From: Octopus sinensis
Lineage: Eukaryota
Reading direction: 5' to 3'
NCBI RefSeq assembly: GCF_006345805.1
Contig: NC_042998.1
Location: 164,858,001 to 164,922,000 of the forward strand
DNA length: 64,000 bases
Below the pieces are notes generated by a model. It was not told the DNA's origin. It saw only the letters and a list, made by a program, of their open reading frames with translations, and made no database searches. A program made the translations under genes and the position numbers. Below are positions 51,093-64,000 of the stretch, piece after piece (position 1 is the first letter of the stretch; each line of letters begins with the position of its first letter).

Positions 51093-51874
51093 GGGTTTTT
51101 TCCCAGAAGACTGAGTGATCGCGTACAGGACCCATTGCTTGATAGATAGATAATAGGTTCGTAGATTTGATGTGAACTCACGAAGATGAAGTTTAAACAC
51201 AGAGAGACTATTATGAATATGGAATCAACTGTCATGAATTAAAACTACATGTAGGAGAAATAAGTGTTGAAAATTTTGTGTATATTTCGGTCATATCACA
51301 CTTCTTCAACAAAACAGTCTTGTTGTTGATACAGATCTCAAAAAACACTGCAGAAGTCTAGAATTCTCTTTGTGAATGAACACAAAGCAACATTATAATT
51401 AATAATGTTAATTGCAGAAAAAGCACTAACCAAGTCTACTAGAGCCAATTTTACTAGTTAGCTTTCGTGCAGCCGGGGTTCCTGACTACGACGACATTTA
51501 TAGAAATTACACCGTAAATGAAATACAAATTATTGTGCATGCAGGAATCGAACACTCTACGAGCAATTTTCAAGTTTTATAGCTATTGATATTTGAAGAT
51601 AACAGACCATAGACTAAAGCATTCTAGCCATGGCCTCCCCGTCTTATTTTTTTATGTGCAGATAACGCAGGATTACTGTAACAAAAGTGTATCTTTAAGA
51701 CGGTTAGGTGTATTCTAATGAAGATTTAGCTTCTGTTTCTAGAACCGTGAGCAGTTACAGAGAGTTCCCATCGTTGATTTGTTATAGTTATTGTTTCAAA
51801 TGCTGGTGTAGCTTAGCCCCAGGTGAGATAAAAGGAAGCTCCTTACACTCATATACACAGACACACTGATAAAC

Positions 51875-51932
<58 letters not shown>

Positions 51933-52204
51933 ACAAACACACACACAAAAGAACAAGAGAATAATGGCCGGGAGGTGTTTCATCAATGTTGTTGAAAGAA
52001 GAAATGGTTTGGTTGAGGTACTTGAGATTTTTTTTATTTTCAAAATACCAAAGGCGAGATATAGTTGTTAAGGAGAGTTGGGTGGATCTTGGTTTGGGTA
52101 GGAGGTGAATGAATATACAAGATGGGTGTGTCAGAAGAGACAGCAAGAGACAGAGCTAAGAGAGAGATAGATGGATAGATAGCGAGCGGGCGAGCGAGTG
52201 TGAG

Positions 52205-52253
<49 letters not shown>

Positions 52254-52891
52254 CAGAGAGAGAGAGAGACACAGAGAGAGAGAGAGAAAAGAGAATGTGA
52301 CGTGAATAGAAGAACAAAATGAAATTTTGAATGGGGACAAAATTGAATATAAGTGGTTGGGGCGAGAAATTGAATACAATGAAAGAAAGGTGAACGGAGG
52401 AACAGGAAGAGGTGGTGGAAGAAGATGGGGGAAAAGATAGAAGGGGAGGATGAAACAAGAGTAAGAATGATAGAGAAAATTAAGAGAGAAAGGGGAGGCA
52501 GAAAGAACTAGTAAAGGAAGATAGAGACAGTTTTTGGAGTAACAAGATGTCGAAGAAAACAGGTTAAAACTGTAAGGAAAAGAAAGAAAGAAAACAAAAC
52601 TGATAAATGCTGAAAGAGAATTAGTGCGCGCGCGAATGTTTCGTTTTTACCTGTCTATGTGTTCGTATGTGAGTGTCTGTGATAAAATATATAACAAAGG
52701 AGAAGGAGATAATAGGAGAAACACTAAGAGTGAAAATAAAATGAAGAATGGCAAGAAAAAAAAAGATATGAAAGAAAATGTGTACATGTTTTGTCTTTAA
52801 GATATATATGTTGAGAAAGAGAGAATTTCATAGGGGAACATATAAAATGTATGGTCGAAGGTACGAGAGAACTCTAAAACGGCTTGCAAAT

Positions 52892-53445
<554 letters not shown>

Positions 53446-53460
53446 ATATTTGAATAGAAA

Positions 53461-53620
53461 AATGAGCAATGGGCCACAAATCACTGCCCAGAACATCCTG
53501 ACTGGAAGTGCGGAGAGGAAGAGAGCTAGAATTCGGCAAAGATATATGTAGAAGAGCTTCGTTGATTCTATGCAAGGAACTGTTAAGACTTGGTAAGCCG
53601 ATCGCTAGACACAAACAGGG
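53461..53620 (+). pseudogene. Short RTE-like LINE 3' remnant
   Basis: HKSL..NILTGSAERKRARIRQR resembles the RTE terminal L..G...GKR.RGRQR motif. Confidence 0.4.
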
Positions 53621-54561
53621 TACCTAATGTCTGATGTCTGATGATCCAGTGCATATTTAATTACTGCTGGTATGAAACCTCGAACTATATTATGTATGTA
53701 TGTTAATAAACAGAATTTCGGATAAAAATGGGCATGCAAAAAATATTTGATGCACGTTTTCTGGAGACCGTTCGTATATTCTTGTGTCATAATCCCAAAC
53801 CATTGATGGCTGAGTTACAATGCAACGTCTCCTGTTTTTTTTTAAATACATTATACTTTGCCTGGTCATACCTGGTATGTATACTAAGGTTTTGTATCAA
53901 TATCTTAGCTTGGCATTTTATAATTCAGTCTTTATATTTTTTAATTCAGTCTTTATATTTTTATTGCACACTATTATGCATTAATACTTTCTGGATATAT
54001 GCCATACAGTTGTCTTTTATTTCAATGTCTGTTTATTTTTATTAACCTATTTGTTAACAGAAAAAAGATTTTGTTATTTGTTCCTATTTTGCATCAAGTT
54101 TTTCTGTTTTCTCTACTGAATATTTTTGTAATCTTACTGAAGATATTTTAAACTGATTTTCTAATTACGAAAATCTCTACCTTCCTATGTTTCTTGTCAT
54201 TTTTTTAATGATGTAGCCTAAAATATACTGGTGCTTTTTTTTATTATATTTACCAAGCTAATTCAATTATCTTCTAGTTGAGAAGATTATAACTATAAAT
54301 TACTTGTGAAGCAGCTATGGCATTCATATATTATCTTCATATTTTACTTGTTGGGCTGCGGCCATACTGGGGCACCGCTCTGAAGGGTTTAGTCGAACAA
54401 ATAAACAACAATCCTTGTTCGGTTTTTCAGTATGGTATTTACTCTACCGGTCTCTTCCAGTAATTCGTCAAGTTACAGGAACGTAACAAGGTCAAAAGCG
54501 GGGAACCAAACACAAAAGCATCACCCCATATGTATCTATATATATACACACACACACAAAT

Positions 54562-54596
<35 letters not shown>

Positions 54597-54690
54597 CTGG
54601 GGTGAGTTATCACTACTGTCCATAACTTTCAGGTGTTTTAACATCCGGCGCTTTGAGTGGGTAATCTCCACCTCACCAAATCGTATCCTA
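54597..54690 (+). repeat. Unclassified ~95-bp repeat with an inverted copy at 58495-58590
   Basis: GGGGTGAGTTATCAC...GTGTTTTAACATCCGGCGCTTTGAGTGGGTAATCTCCACC against the reverse complement of 58495-58590. Confidence 0.65.
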
Positions 54691-55184
54691 CCGACAAACA
54701 CACAGGGAGGTTGTTGTCTCCCCTCTCAGCTCAAATAGATCATGTGCTTTATGTGGCTAAAGAGTTTATGACTCTTATTTCTAGCAATGTTGATACTCCC
54801 TGCACCCTCGGTCACTTTTAGTGATGGTGAATTATTTCCTTTTTGGTTTTAAATTGCATCTATCCACCTTACTTATTTAATAAATTTTCGCATTACCATT
54901 TTGCGGAATCAGTCACTGATTCTCATGGTATTTTCTATAATATTGACTGGTGAAAATTCAGCTTCACCACTCGTAATGAGGTAAGCATTACTGATGTGTA
55001 TTAATTTCTATACGAAATTAGCATACTAATCTAATGCACCTCGCTTGCGGTTGGGAAGTTGTCACCACAGTCAGTTCAAATAGAACATGTGTTTTATGCT
55101 CCCTGCACCCTTGGTCACTTTTAGTGATGGTAAATTTTTTCCGTTTTGGTGTAAAATTACCTCTAAATACCTTAATTATATTTC

Positions 55185-55575
55185 GCTGTTTATAGGGACG
55201 ATGCACTAGCTTTAACTACGAATACCAATGAACCATCGCAAGATCCATTAAGGAAGGATTTTATCCAACTTATGAAAACATTCTATCGTAGCATAACAGT
55301 AGATACCAACCTGACGGGTCTCAATTTCCTTTATGTATCTCTAGATTTACCAAAGAATAATTACAAACCCTATAGGAAGCCCAACGATAGACTTAGTTAT
55401 ATTAATGTAGGTTCCTGCCACCCACCACAGTGTTTAAGAATTTAGTTAAGAATATTAGTAGAATAATTTCTAGCCTCACCTCCTATATAAACCTATTTGA
55501 TAATGCCATCCCACTATATAGAAATACCCTTAAAGCTAGTAGATTTAAAGAGGAAATAGGTTACACCCCTATTAT
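55185..55575 (+). pseudogene. Penelope-like element reverse transcriptase, catalytic motif through thumb
   Basis: AVYRDDALAL (YRDD at 55191-55202)...SITVDTNLTGLNFLYVSLDL..NNYKPYRKPNDRLSYINVGSCHPP, frameshift, then VFKNLVKNISRIISSL...[16 protein letters not shown]. Confidence 0.9.
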
Positions 55576-55600
55576 TAGAAATAAAGAGAAGGAAATATAT

Positions 55601-55649
<49 letters not shown>

Positions 55650-55821
55650 TCGCACTCCCGCATACAGACATATATATAAGTGTGTGTTTGTATGTGGGAG
55701 TGCGAATGTATGTCTGCATATATATATGTATATATATATTTATAAGTATAAATGTATGAATATATATGTATTATGTTACGTGTATGCATGTAAGCACCTA
55801 TGAGTATATGAGGATAAGGTT

Positions 55822-55867
<46 letters not shown>

Positions 55868-56810
55868 GTGTGCATATGTGTGTGGATATGTGTGAATGCA
55901 TGAGTACATACATATATATTTGTGCGTATGTGTGCATGTGTATATACTTATTTGTGTGAGTGTGTACGTGTGATATATATATATATGTGACAGGGCTTCT
56001 ACACAGTTTCCATTTATCAAATTCAATCACAAGACATTGGTCGACCTGGGGCTATAATTGAAATTACTCGCTCAAGGAGCCTCGCAATAGGAGTGATCTC
56101 GAAACCCTGTTGCAATCTATACTCCTTTCTAACATTTTCTTTCAATTCATTCATGTTGTATTCAATCCAATTCGTTCATCCCTAATGATTCTGACGTCTG
56201 CTCTTTATTTTTCTCCTCCTCTTATCTCTGATGTTTGCTCAATATCGTATTTCTGGATTTTATTCATATTCCTCTATTCAATGTAGCCTTTCGCACTGTT
56301 TTCCAAACTGAATTTCGTGACAATTTCCCTCCTGAATTCCTGCATCTTATGCAATATGCCTTCCAGTTATTTACCATTTCTAGAAATTCTGCTTCAAGTC
56401 AATATACAACAGATGGTTGATTGTTATTCCATATCATATGCATCAGCATCCAGTCTGGATTAGCATATTGGTTAGAAGTGTTATTACAACCCCCAACCCG
56501 TTACCCTGACAAAAATGTAAGAGAAAGAAAGAGATGGTTCTTTTAGAATATTCCTCATCTGTTAAGGATTGCTTTCGTTTTCACATTTCCATCTATTGTT
56601 CGGATCTAGTATCCGTCTGTGCCCCACCATCTCTCCCCACCTCTCTCTCTCTCTCTTGATTTCTCTTCCTCTCCTCCCTCTCCCTCTTTCTGTGTGTTTC
56701 TCTCTCGCTTTCGAGTCGGTCATATCGCTAGTTAAGAATACTTTCCTTTATATTTTAACTTGATCTCTATGTCACTTCTTTATTTTGTTTTGTTAAGGTT
56801 TAGGTGGCAT

Positions 56811-56972
56811 AGGCGTAGGCGTGGCTGTATGGCTAAGAAGCTTGGTTCTCAACCATGTAGTTTTGAGTTCAGTCCTACTGTGCTGCATCCTGGTTAAGTG
56901 TCTACTGCTATAACTCCGGGTCGACCAAAGCCTTGTGAGGGGATTTGGTAAACGGAAACTGGAAAGAAACTC
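56811..56972 (+). mobile_element. SINE family A head/body; further degraded copies at ~55990-56110 and ~58960-59130
   Basis: AGGCGTAGGCGTGGCTGTATGGCTAAG...GACCAAAGCCTTGTGAGGGGATTTGGTAAACGGAAACTG. Confidence 0.82.
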
Positions 56973-57044
56973 TGTGACCTCGTGAGTACCACTGGCGATT
57001 TTTTTCCCTCTGTCTTCCATTCTCGGGATCTTTCCTTCTCCTAT

Positions 57045-57182
57045 GTTTCCGACGAAGAGCTCCGCTCGAAACGTTAAACTCTCCTTCTTCCTTCTTTCCT
57101 GAGCGTCCAATAATACTTTATTTGTTCCACGTCCTCGCATTGCTGTGTTTTTTTTAATTTTTTTGTGTTTTCTTGTTTGGAT

Positions 57183-57190
<8 letters not shown>
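57045..57190 (+). mobile_element. Hammerhead-headed mini-element, copy 3
   Basis: GUUU-CCGACGA-A-GAGC-UCC-GCUC-GAAA-CG-U-U-AAAC plus a tail ending GGATTAAC(TA)n. Confidence 0.72.
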
Positions 57191-57245
<55 letters not shown>

Positions 57246-57368
57246 TATCCAATTCCAGGCAGTGATCTGAATAATAATAATAGCAACAACAACAAAAACA
57301 ACAATAATAATAATAACAACATCGAAAAATACCTAGGGAATGAGAACCCAGATTCGAAATTTCCCCAA

Positions 57369-57414
57369 AACACCTGATGAATGTTGGAGGGTATATCAGC
57401 CGAAACGTTGTGCT
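57369..57414 (+). ncRNA. Putative minimal type I hammerhead of a different family
   Basis: AACAC-CUGAUGA-A-UGUUG-GAGGGUAUAU-CAGCC-GAAA-CG-U-U-GUGCU; palindromic ACGU stem III, 4/5-bp stem I. Confidence 0.68.
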
Positions 57415-57486
57415 AACAACAAACAAGATGAGGACAAATATCCGTAAAATGTAAATAATGTACATCCTCATCTCTTGAATATAGAA

Positions 57487-57522
<36 letters not shown>

Positions 57523-58321
57523 CATAGAAAAATGCGAGCATAAAAAGTCATATTCTTAAGTTTATAAATCTGGAAAAGTACAGGACAAGTTATTACACCT
57601 CTAAAAGTAAAGGACAAGATATTACTTCTAGTAAAGTAAAGAATAAGAAACTTTTTACTTAAAATATTGGTGCTAAAATTAAAATTTGATTATTAAAAGT
57701 TATTTCATTATAGTTTACAAATAGCACAATAGAAAAAAAGTGACTAATTAGACAAACTTACAAATTAGCTGAACAGTTTCGTACAATAAATTTAAAAGAT
57801 GAGAACTGTAAAGAGTGATAAATTTTTCTCTCTCTCTTTGATTCATTTGTCCCCTTTTTTTCTTTCTCTCTTCTCCTCTCACGTGACTGCTGGTCAACCA
57901 GCCTTTCGGCTTCTAACCAGTGCCATGAGAAGATCGTTGTCTTCGTCTGCCGAAAAAGGCATTTTTTCCAAACACGCCAGCTAAACTAAGTTGTACTATC
58001 TATTAGTCGTAAGACACCCGCTGTTTTTGTCCTGTTTTTACTATTATTGTTTTTTGTATTTTATATTCGTGTGGCATCGTCCGTTTTTCTGTTCCTGTTT
58101 CGTATACATTCGATCCTTTTTCCAAGAAATCTAATGCTCGTAGCTTAGATTTTCCTTGGGGCTGGCCGGATCGGAGCGATCTCAAGATTAATCAGCTGAA
58201 ATTGCTAGGATGATCCGGTTGTTGACTGAAGATTGAAGGCTTCGAATGTCCGGTCCGTGTTTTTTGTATCGTCTTCTAAATGTTTTACGTTCTTGTCCCA
58301 GTTTGTATTTTTCTACATACA

Positions 58322-58434
<113 letters not shown>

Positions 58435-58906
58435 AAACAGTATCAATCACACAGTGTTGTGTATGTGGTCTGTTTGCTCTCCGGTAGGCCGCGGAACAGT
58501 GTGGTGGGGATGACTCATTCAAAGCGTCGGGTGTTAAAACACTGAAGGTCATAGACAGGCGTGACCACTCGCCCCAAATCCCATTCAGAAGCGATATTTC
58601 GCCATTTTGGGGACAATCCACTTCACCTACCTGAACCGAATAGGGAACGAACTGAGTTGCTAAGCTACGACTATACATAAATAGTGTAAAAATCATTTGC
58701 TGGTATGTCGCGACGATGATTTTGTAGGAATAAATCCAGATACGAATTAGAATAAGCGCTAGTTTAATAAACATTATCAACCGCACATACTCGTGTATGT
58801 GATGTGCTTTCTCGAGACCAGAGTTTTCAGGCTTTCAACTCGTTATCTGTTTGAGGAACGATATATCATTTGTTAATTTGAACTAATACTGCTTCTGTCG
58901 CTTATG

Positions 58907-58942
<36 letters not shown>

Positions 58943-59229
58943 CCCCATCGCCACACATATATGCCGCACTTCTATACAGTCTCTGTTTTTCTAACCCACT
59001 CACAAGTCTTTGACCATTCAAGGGCTATAGTAGAAGATATTCGCTCAGGGTGCCGTACAGCGGGGCTGACACTGAAACTACGTGGTTGCAAAATGAGCTT
59101 CTTAACTAAATAACCATGCCTGCGCCTATCTTTTATTTTATTTCTTAAGTATGTCTTGCTACTTTTGTCTTCCTAATTTATGATATGAATTTTATGACTT
59201 GGCTAGCTTCTGGCTTCATGCTCTTATTT

Positions 59230-59425
59230 CATGGGGCTGTGGTCATACCAAGTTAGTGGTCCCAGAGACGTCATCATGCGTAGAGCCGACCAGGACCACC
59301 AGTACTCTTCATCGTTGGCCGTCTCGTGGCAGCTCCTTTGCATCCTCCAAGGTGACGTCAAGTTTCTGGAGATCTTCCCCAACCACATCCAACCATCTGG
59401 TGCGGCGCCTATTACAAAGCCCCAT
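59230..59425 (-). pseudogene. RTE-clade LINE extreme 3' end
   Basis: RRRTRWLDVVGEDLQKLDVTLEDAKELPRDGQR*RVLV is a typical RTE C-terminal pattern. Confidence 0.7.
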
Positions 59426-60485
59426 CCAACTTGTAGCTGCTGCATCAAATTTTATAGTTAATTTTTTTTAATGGTTGTATGTTTCTTTCTAGTTGTTTTT
59501 GTCTGCTATCTTTAGCTTGTCGACCTACCGTGTAGAGGTTCTATTGTTGATTTTGGAAAGCTTATAATAAATTTGGGATCAATTATCTCTGATCCTCAAC
59601 AATTGTTGCTGTTATTAACCCCATATTATTGCCAAATAGTATACCTATCTTCAAAAGCCTTTAATCCGTAACCAACCTTTATTATTTGCATACATGTAAT
59701 TATATTTTGTATGTTACTCATTTTGTTAAGAAAATAGGGTTTGATTTCAGAGAGATTTAGCTGCTATGTCTAACATACCGAGGACAAAGCTCTCTCTTTA
59801 AACTTGAACAATTTGAAATGAAGATAATCTACAAAAAGCATGGGATCAGAGAACTATCAAATCCATAATGTATCTTTCGTAGATTCCAGTAGGAGATTCT
59901 CGTTATAAATCTTGAGAACATTTACAAAGCAGCATGCTGTTTTGTGAACTGTCTAAGAAACGTTCCTCTCAGCAAGACAGATATAAAAATGCTTTAAGCT
60001 ATATACCCCCTCTAAATCTAGGTTTTGTGACTAAGAAATTCAATCTTCCTTTAAACATTTTTTCGTTTATTCCGCTTTCAATATTGGATGTTCGAACTAC
60101 AGGTAGCAATAACGTAATGTAATAGAGTTTTACGTCCTAAGGAAGATCTAAGAAAATTAAACATATGCATATTGCGCATTCGTCAATGCTTTTCGGTTAA
60201 ATGGGAACTTGAAATCATGCTAACTTTCGAAATCGGATTCGTACATACAAAAAAATATAAATCCAAAAGAAAACAAAACAAAAAACTAACAAAGAAAAAC
60301 AAAATCTCTTACATTAATCCAATCAAGTGCATAGTATTTAGGGTGTATATAATTGAAGAAACACATGGTACATTTGAGTAATTTGTTGAAGATTTCATAC
60401 AAAAGAACAATATCGCAGGCAAGACAAGCCCACTCAAATGACTAAAGAGATTTCGCAATGTCGGTACACTAATGCAAATATGAGA

Positions 60486-60521
<36 letters not shown>

Positions 60522-62206
60522 ACGTGTATATTTATAGATACAGGTACATATATACTTACATGTATATGACATATTTACTTATATTAATTTGAATAATATT
60601 CGAATGTATGTAATGATAGGCATACTGGGAAGGGAAGAACATTCCAGTTGCAAGTACACTGTCATGATAGACACAGTTTCGGGTGCTAGGTAGATCAAGC
60701 TGCTTGGTTTAATATTATTTCCCAGCCAATAGTTGTTTTTACTAGAGTTAAATTTACCAGAAACTCTCTACGGAAAGACTTGTCGAATGCTTACAAGAGA
60801 AAGAACTCTTTCTCAACTTTATCGAGTTCACCACAAATATTCTCCCGAATATTTTGCAGAGGGTATACACAGGAATTTCTTTATGTGCAAGCTGTGCTTT
60901 TCTTTACATAATATATGCGCATCCTTGCCAGTAACCATCAGTCGACTTTCTTCAATTAAAAAACAAAATTACAAACCTCAATGTTATCGTGAAGACCTTT
61001 TTGTAAGCACATTTACAAAACATGCGCTTATGCAGATAAACAGCTCAACAGAAACACTGTCCATCACAATGCATACATATCCCAAGTGCAAAGTTATCCC
61101 CGGTTGCTTCAAATCAATGCAATTGATATCCCTGACACTGTCACTTTTAAATCTGACCTTATACTCAATAGAATTTCCAGTCTCTCTTCCCTCTCTCTCT
61201 TAAACCATCTTTCTCTGTCCAGATCTCTGGAGTTCTCACGACTGACTGACATTCGCAATATCTCTCATGGGGCCAAAAGCTAAACCTAAATCCACTGACC
61301 AATTTTCTCATATCTTCTCTAACATCCACGAGGCCACTATTCTAGCATACATACCTTTGTTACATCTTACTAGCATGCATATTGCGCACGCGTGCACACA
61401 CACACACACAAACAGAGTATGTGAAGAAGGCTGTTTGACACTCAGGCAATACATACACGCAAATATAAACATATTTCAATATGCAACGATGACATATACT
61501 AATACAAATCTTTCATATGCATGAACTTATTTATCTAGAAAGCTAGCCAGATCGATAGATAGCTACTGCTGCAAGTGCACACACAGACACACACACACAC
61601 GCACATATGCATCCAAGAAATTAGACTGTAAAAAATAGACATTTAGAAGATTGATGAATCATATTTATTCACATCAATCAGCAAATTTATTTTAATTATT
61701 AATTAATTTCTAAGTACTGAATAAATGCTTCAAATATATTTTGAGAGAACATGTGCATACTACTATTTATTCAACTAATCTTTTTCTATGGCAGACTTTC
61801 GGACTACGGTAAGTAATGTGATGCAGCCTATAAGTGGAGCACAAGAAAAAAACCAAAAAGCAGCTGAACGCATTTCTAGAAATTCCAAGACATTTCTAGA
61901 AGCTCCATATCGTAACATTGTTTGTGTACGTAATCACAGTGGACATGCTGAAAAAGATCTGTCTCAAATATACATCTAGTTAGAAATGCAATGAAGCTTT
62001 TCATTTAGTCTTTTTATTGATTAATTCCATGATATACAGTACTGATGATATATAAATTTAAATTGACTCATGAGCCAGCATATACATACATATGCACACA
62101 TGCAGTATAGACATATTTATTGTATACATGTATGTTTGTGTGTGCGCGCGTCTGCTTGTTTTCAGCAGGCTTAGTTTTCAAATTAACTTTCACTATTATT
62201 GTTGTT

Positions 62207-62792
<586 letters not shown>

Positions 62793-63485
62793 TATTTATT
62801 TATTTTTGTCGTTAGCAGGCTACTAATATCGATGTTGCTGCTGCCGTTCTTGTTGTTTTTGACCTTGTTGCTGTCCTCGTTAGTTACAACTCAATAAATA
62901 CCATATCATTTTTTTTCCTTCTTTTCTTACCATTTTGGTTTTTCCTTTCTCCTCGACTGCATTTCAATTAGAAATGTTAATATCTTTGTTACTACTGTTT
63001 TATGCCTCATTTAACGTCATCAGTGAACACTGCACGAAAATAGGCCAATGAGACTAAGCGAACTTACCGGAAGTTGTGTAACGTCACTGCCTTCAAATCT
63101 GCCTCATAAAATGACATATTTTTCCATGAGAGGCACATATGCATGCGTCAGCGATTTGTTCGTATATTTAAAATGACGGGAAAAAGCCATCAACTTTCTC
63201 TGCTTCGTTCGGGTTGGTTTCAGATGCTCAATGTATTTATCATGTATGCTATAGGGTTTGCAATAGTACATTAATGTGAATATGTGTATATTTCTGTCTT
63301 GCGATGTTAAAATGATTGTACATATTTGAGTTAATCCCTTCTCTATGCTTGCCTTTTCCCAACTGTCCATGAACATTTGTTTGAATATTTGTTTTGACTT
63401 ATATGTGCGTACGTGGACCATGCTTTTTTTACTTAAATACTTGAATGCGTGTGTTGAATGTTACAACTTGTAAATGAATAAACTG

Positions 63486-63551
<66 letters not shown>

Positions 63552-63784
63552 CAGAGAGTTTATAGTTGATTACGAAGGCTGACATTCCTCACTGCTTCAT
63601 ACTTATATTTTCCTATTCTGACATGCAGATTGCTTCTTAAAAATTTAATTTTGCTTTTTCGGATCTTCCTAACTACAATGAAAAAGATTGCTGAAGGAAA
63701 ATCGTAGTAATGTGACAAAAGCAAATAAAAAGATGCAGTCTTCGGTAATGTTTTTATTATTGTAATACCACTAACTCGACAGCG

Positions 63785-63959
63785 ATTTAGGGGGAGGAGA
63801 GTAGTCGATTACATGAATTCCAGTGTTTCACTGGTAATTAATTTATCGATCCCGAAAGTCGACCTCGGCGGAGCATTTTGCTTGGCGTGGTAAAGACGGA
63901 CGAAATGCCGTAAAGCATTTTGCCCGTCGTAGTAAACGATTCTACCATCTCGCTGTCTT
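63785..63959 (-). mobile_element. Degraded SINE family B followed by (AAT)n
   Basis: TTAATTTATCGATCCCGAAAGTCGACCTCGGCGG. Confidence 0.75.

Positions 63960-64000
<41 letters not shown>

Noticed and set aside
58140-58290. GC-richer structured segment (GGCCGGATC...GATCCGGTT, AGCGAT/ATTGCT, CTGAAGA, GAAA) considered as a hammerhead
   Set aside because: The core halves are in the wrong order and spacing for types I-III; I could not build all three stems.
60733-61283. 156-aa ORF and neighbour, with faint resemblance to an L2-type LINE 3' end
   Set aside because: Similarity too weak; starts at a non-ATG codon and has no splice or domain support.

Overview
AT-rich, microsatellite-rich, repeat-dense eukaryotic DNA, most likely intergenic or intronic octopus (coleoid cephalopod) sequence. 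The organism call is an inference from the tRNA-derived SINE families (they resemble the octopus OK/OR-type SINEs) and the very high load of (TA)n, (CA)n, (GATA)n and (TAT)n. I found no host protein-coding gene; nearly all ORFs in the track are translations of microsatellites. Real coding remnants all come from transposons: an internally deleted mariner with both TIRs (3864-4761), an R4/Dong-like LINE piece, RTE/BovB-like and CR1-group LINE 3' ends, a Chapaev-like transposase tail, and Penelope-like element (PLE) pieces (RT with YRDD at 55191, GIY-YIG region at 27540). There are about 25 SINE copies or fragments, several MITEs and one 100-N gap. The main signal not visible in the ORF track is a set of at least 9 type I hammerhead-ribozyme-like motifs from at least 5 unrelated sequence families, all folded by eye and none tested. 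Two of these loci are head-to-head inverted pairs (7341-7699 and 13432-14995). Three belong to a ~150-bp ribozyme-headed mini-element that ends on (TA)n. A 593-bp non-autonomous DNA transposon with an 8-bp TSD carries a TTAGGG telomeric tract.
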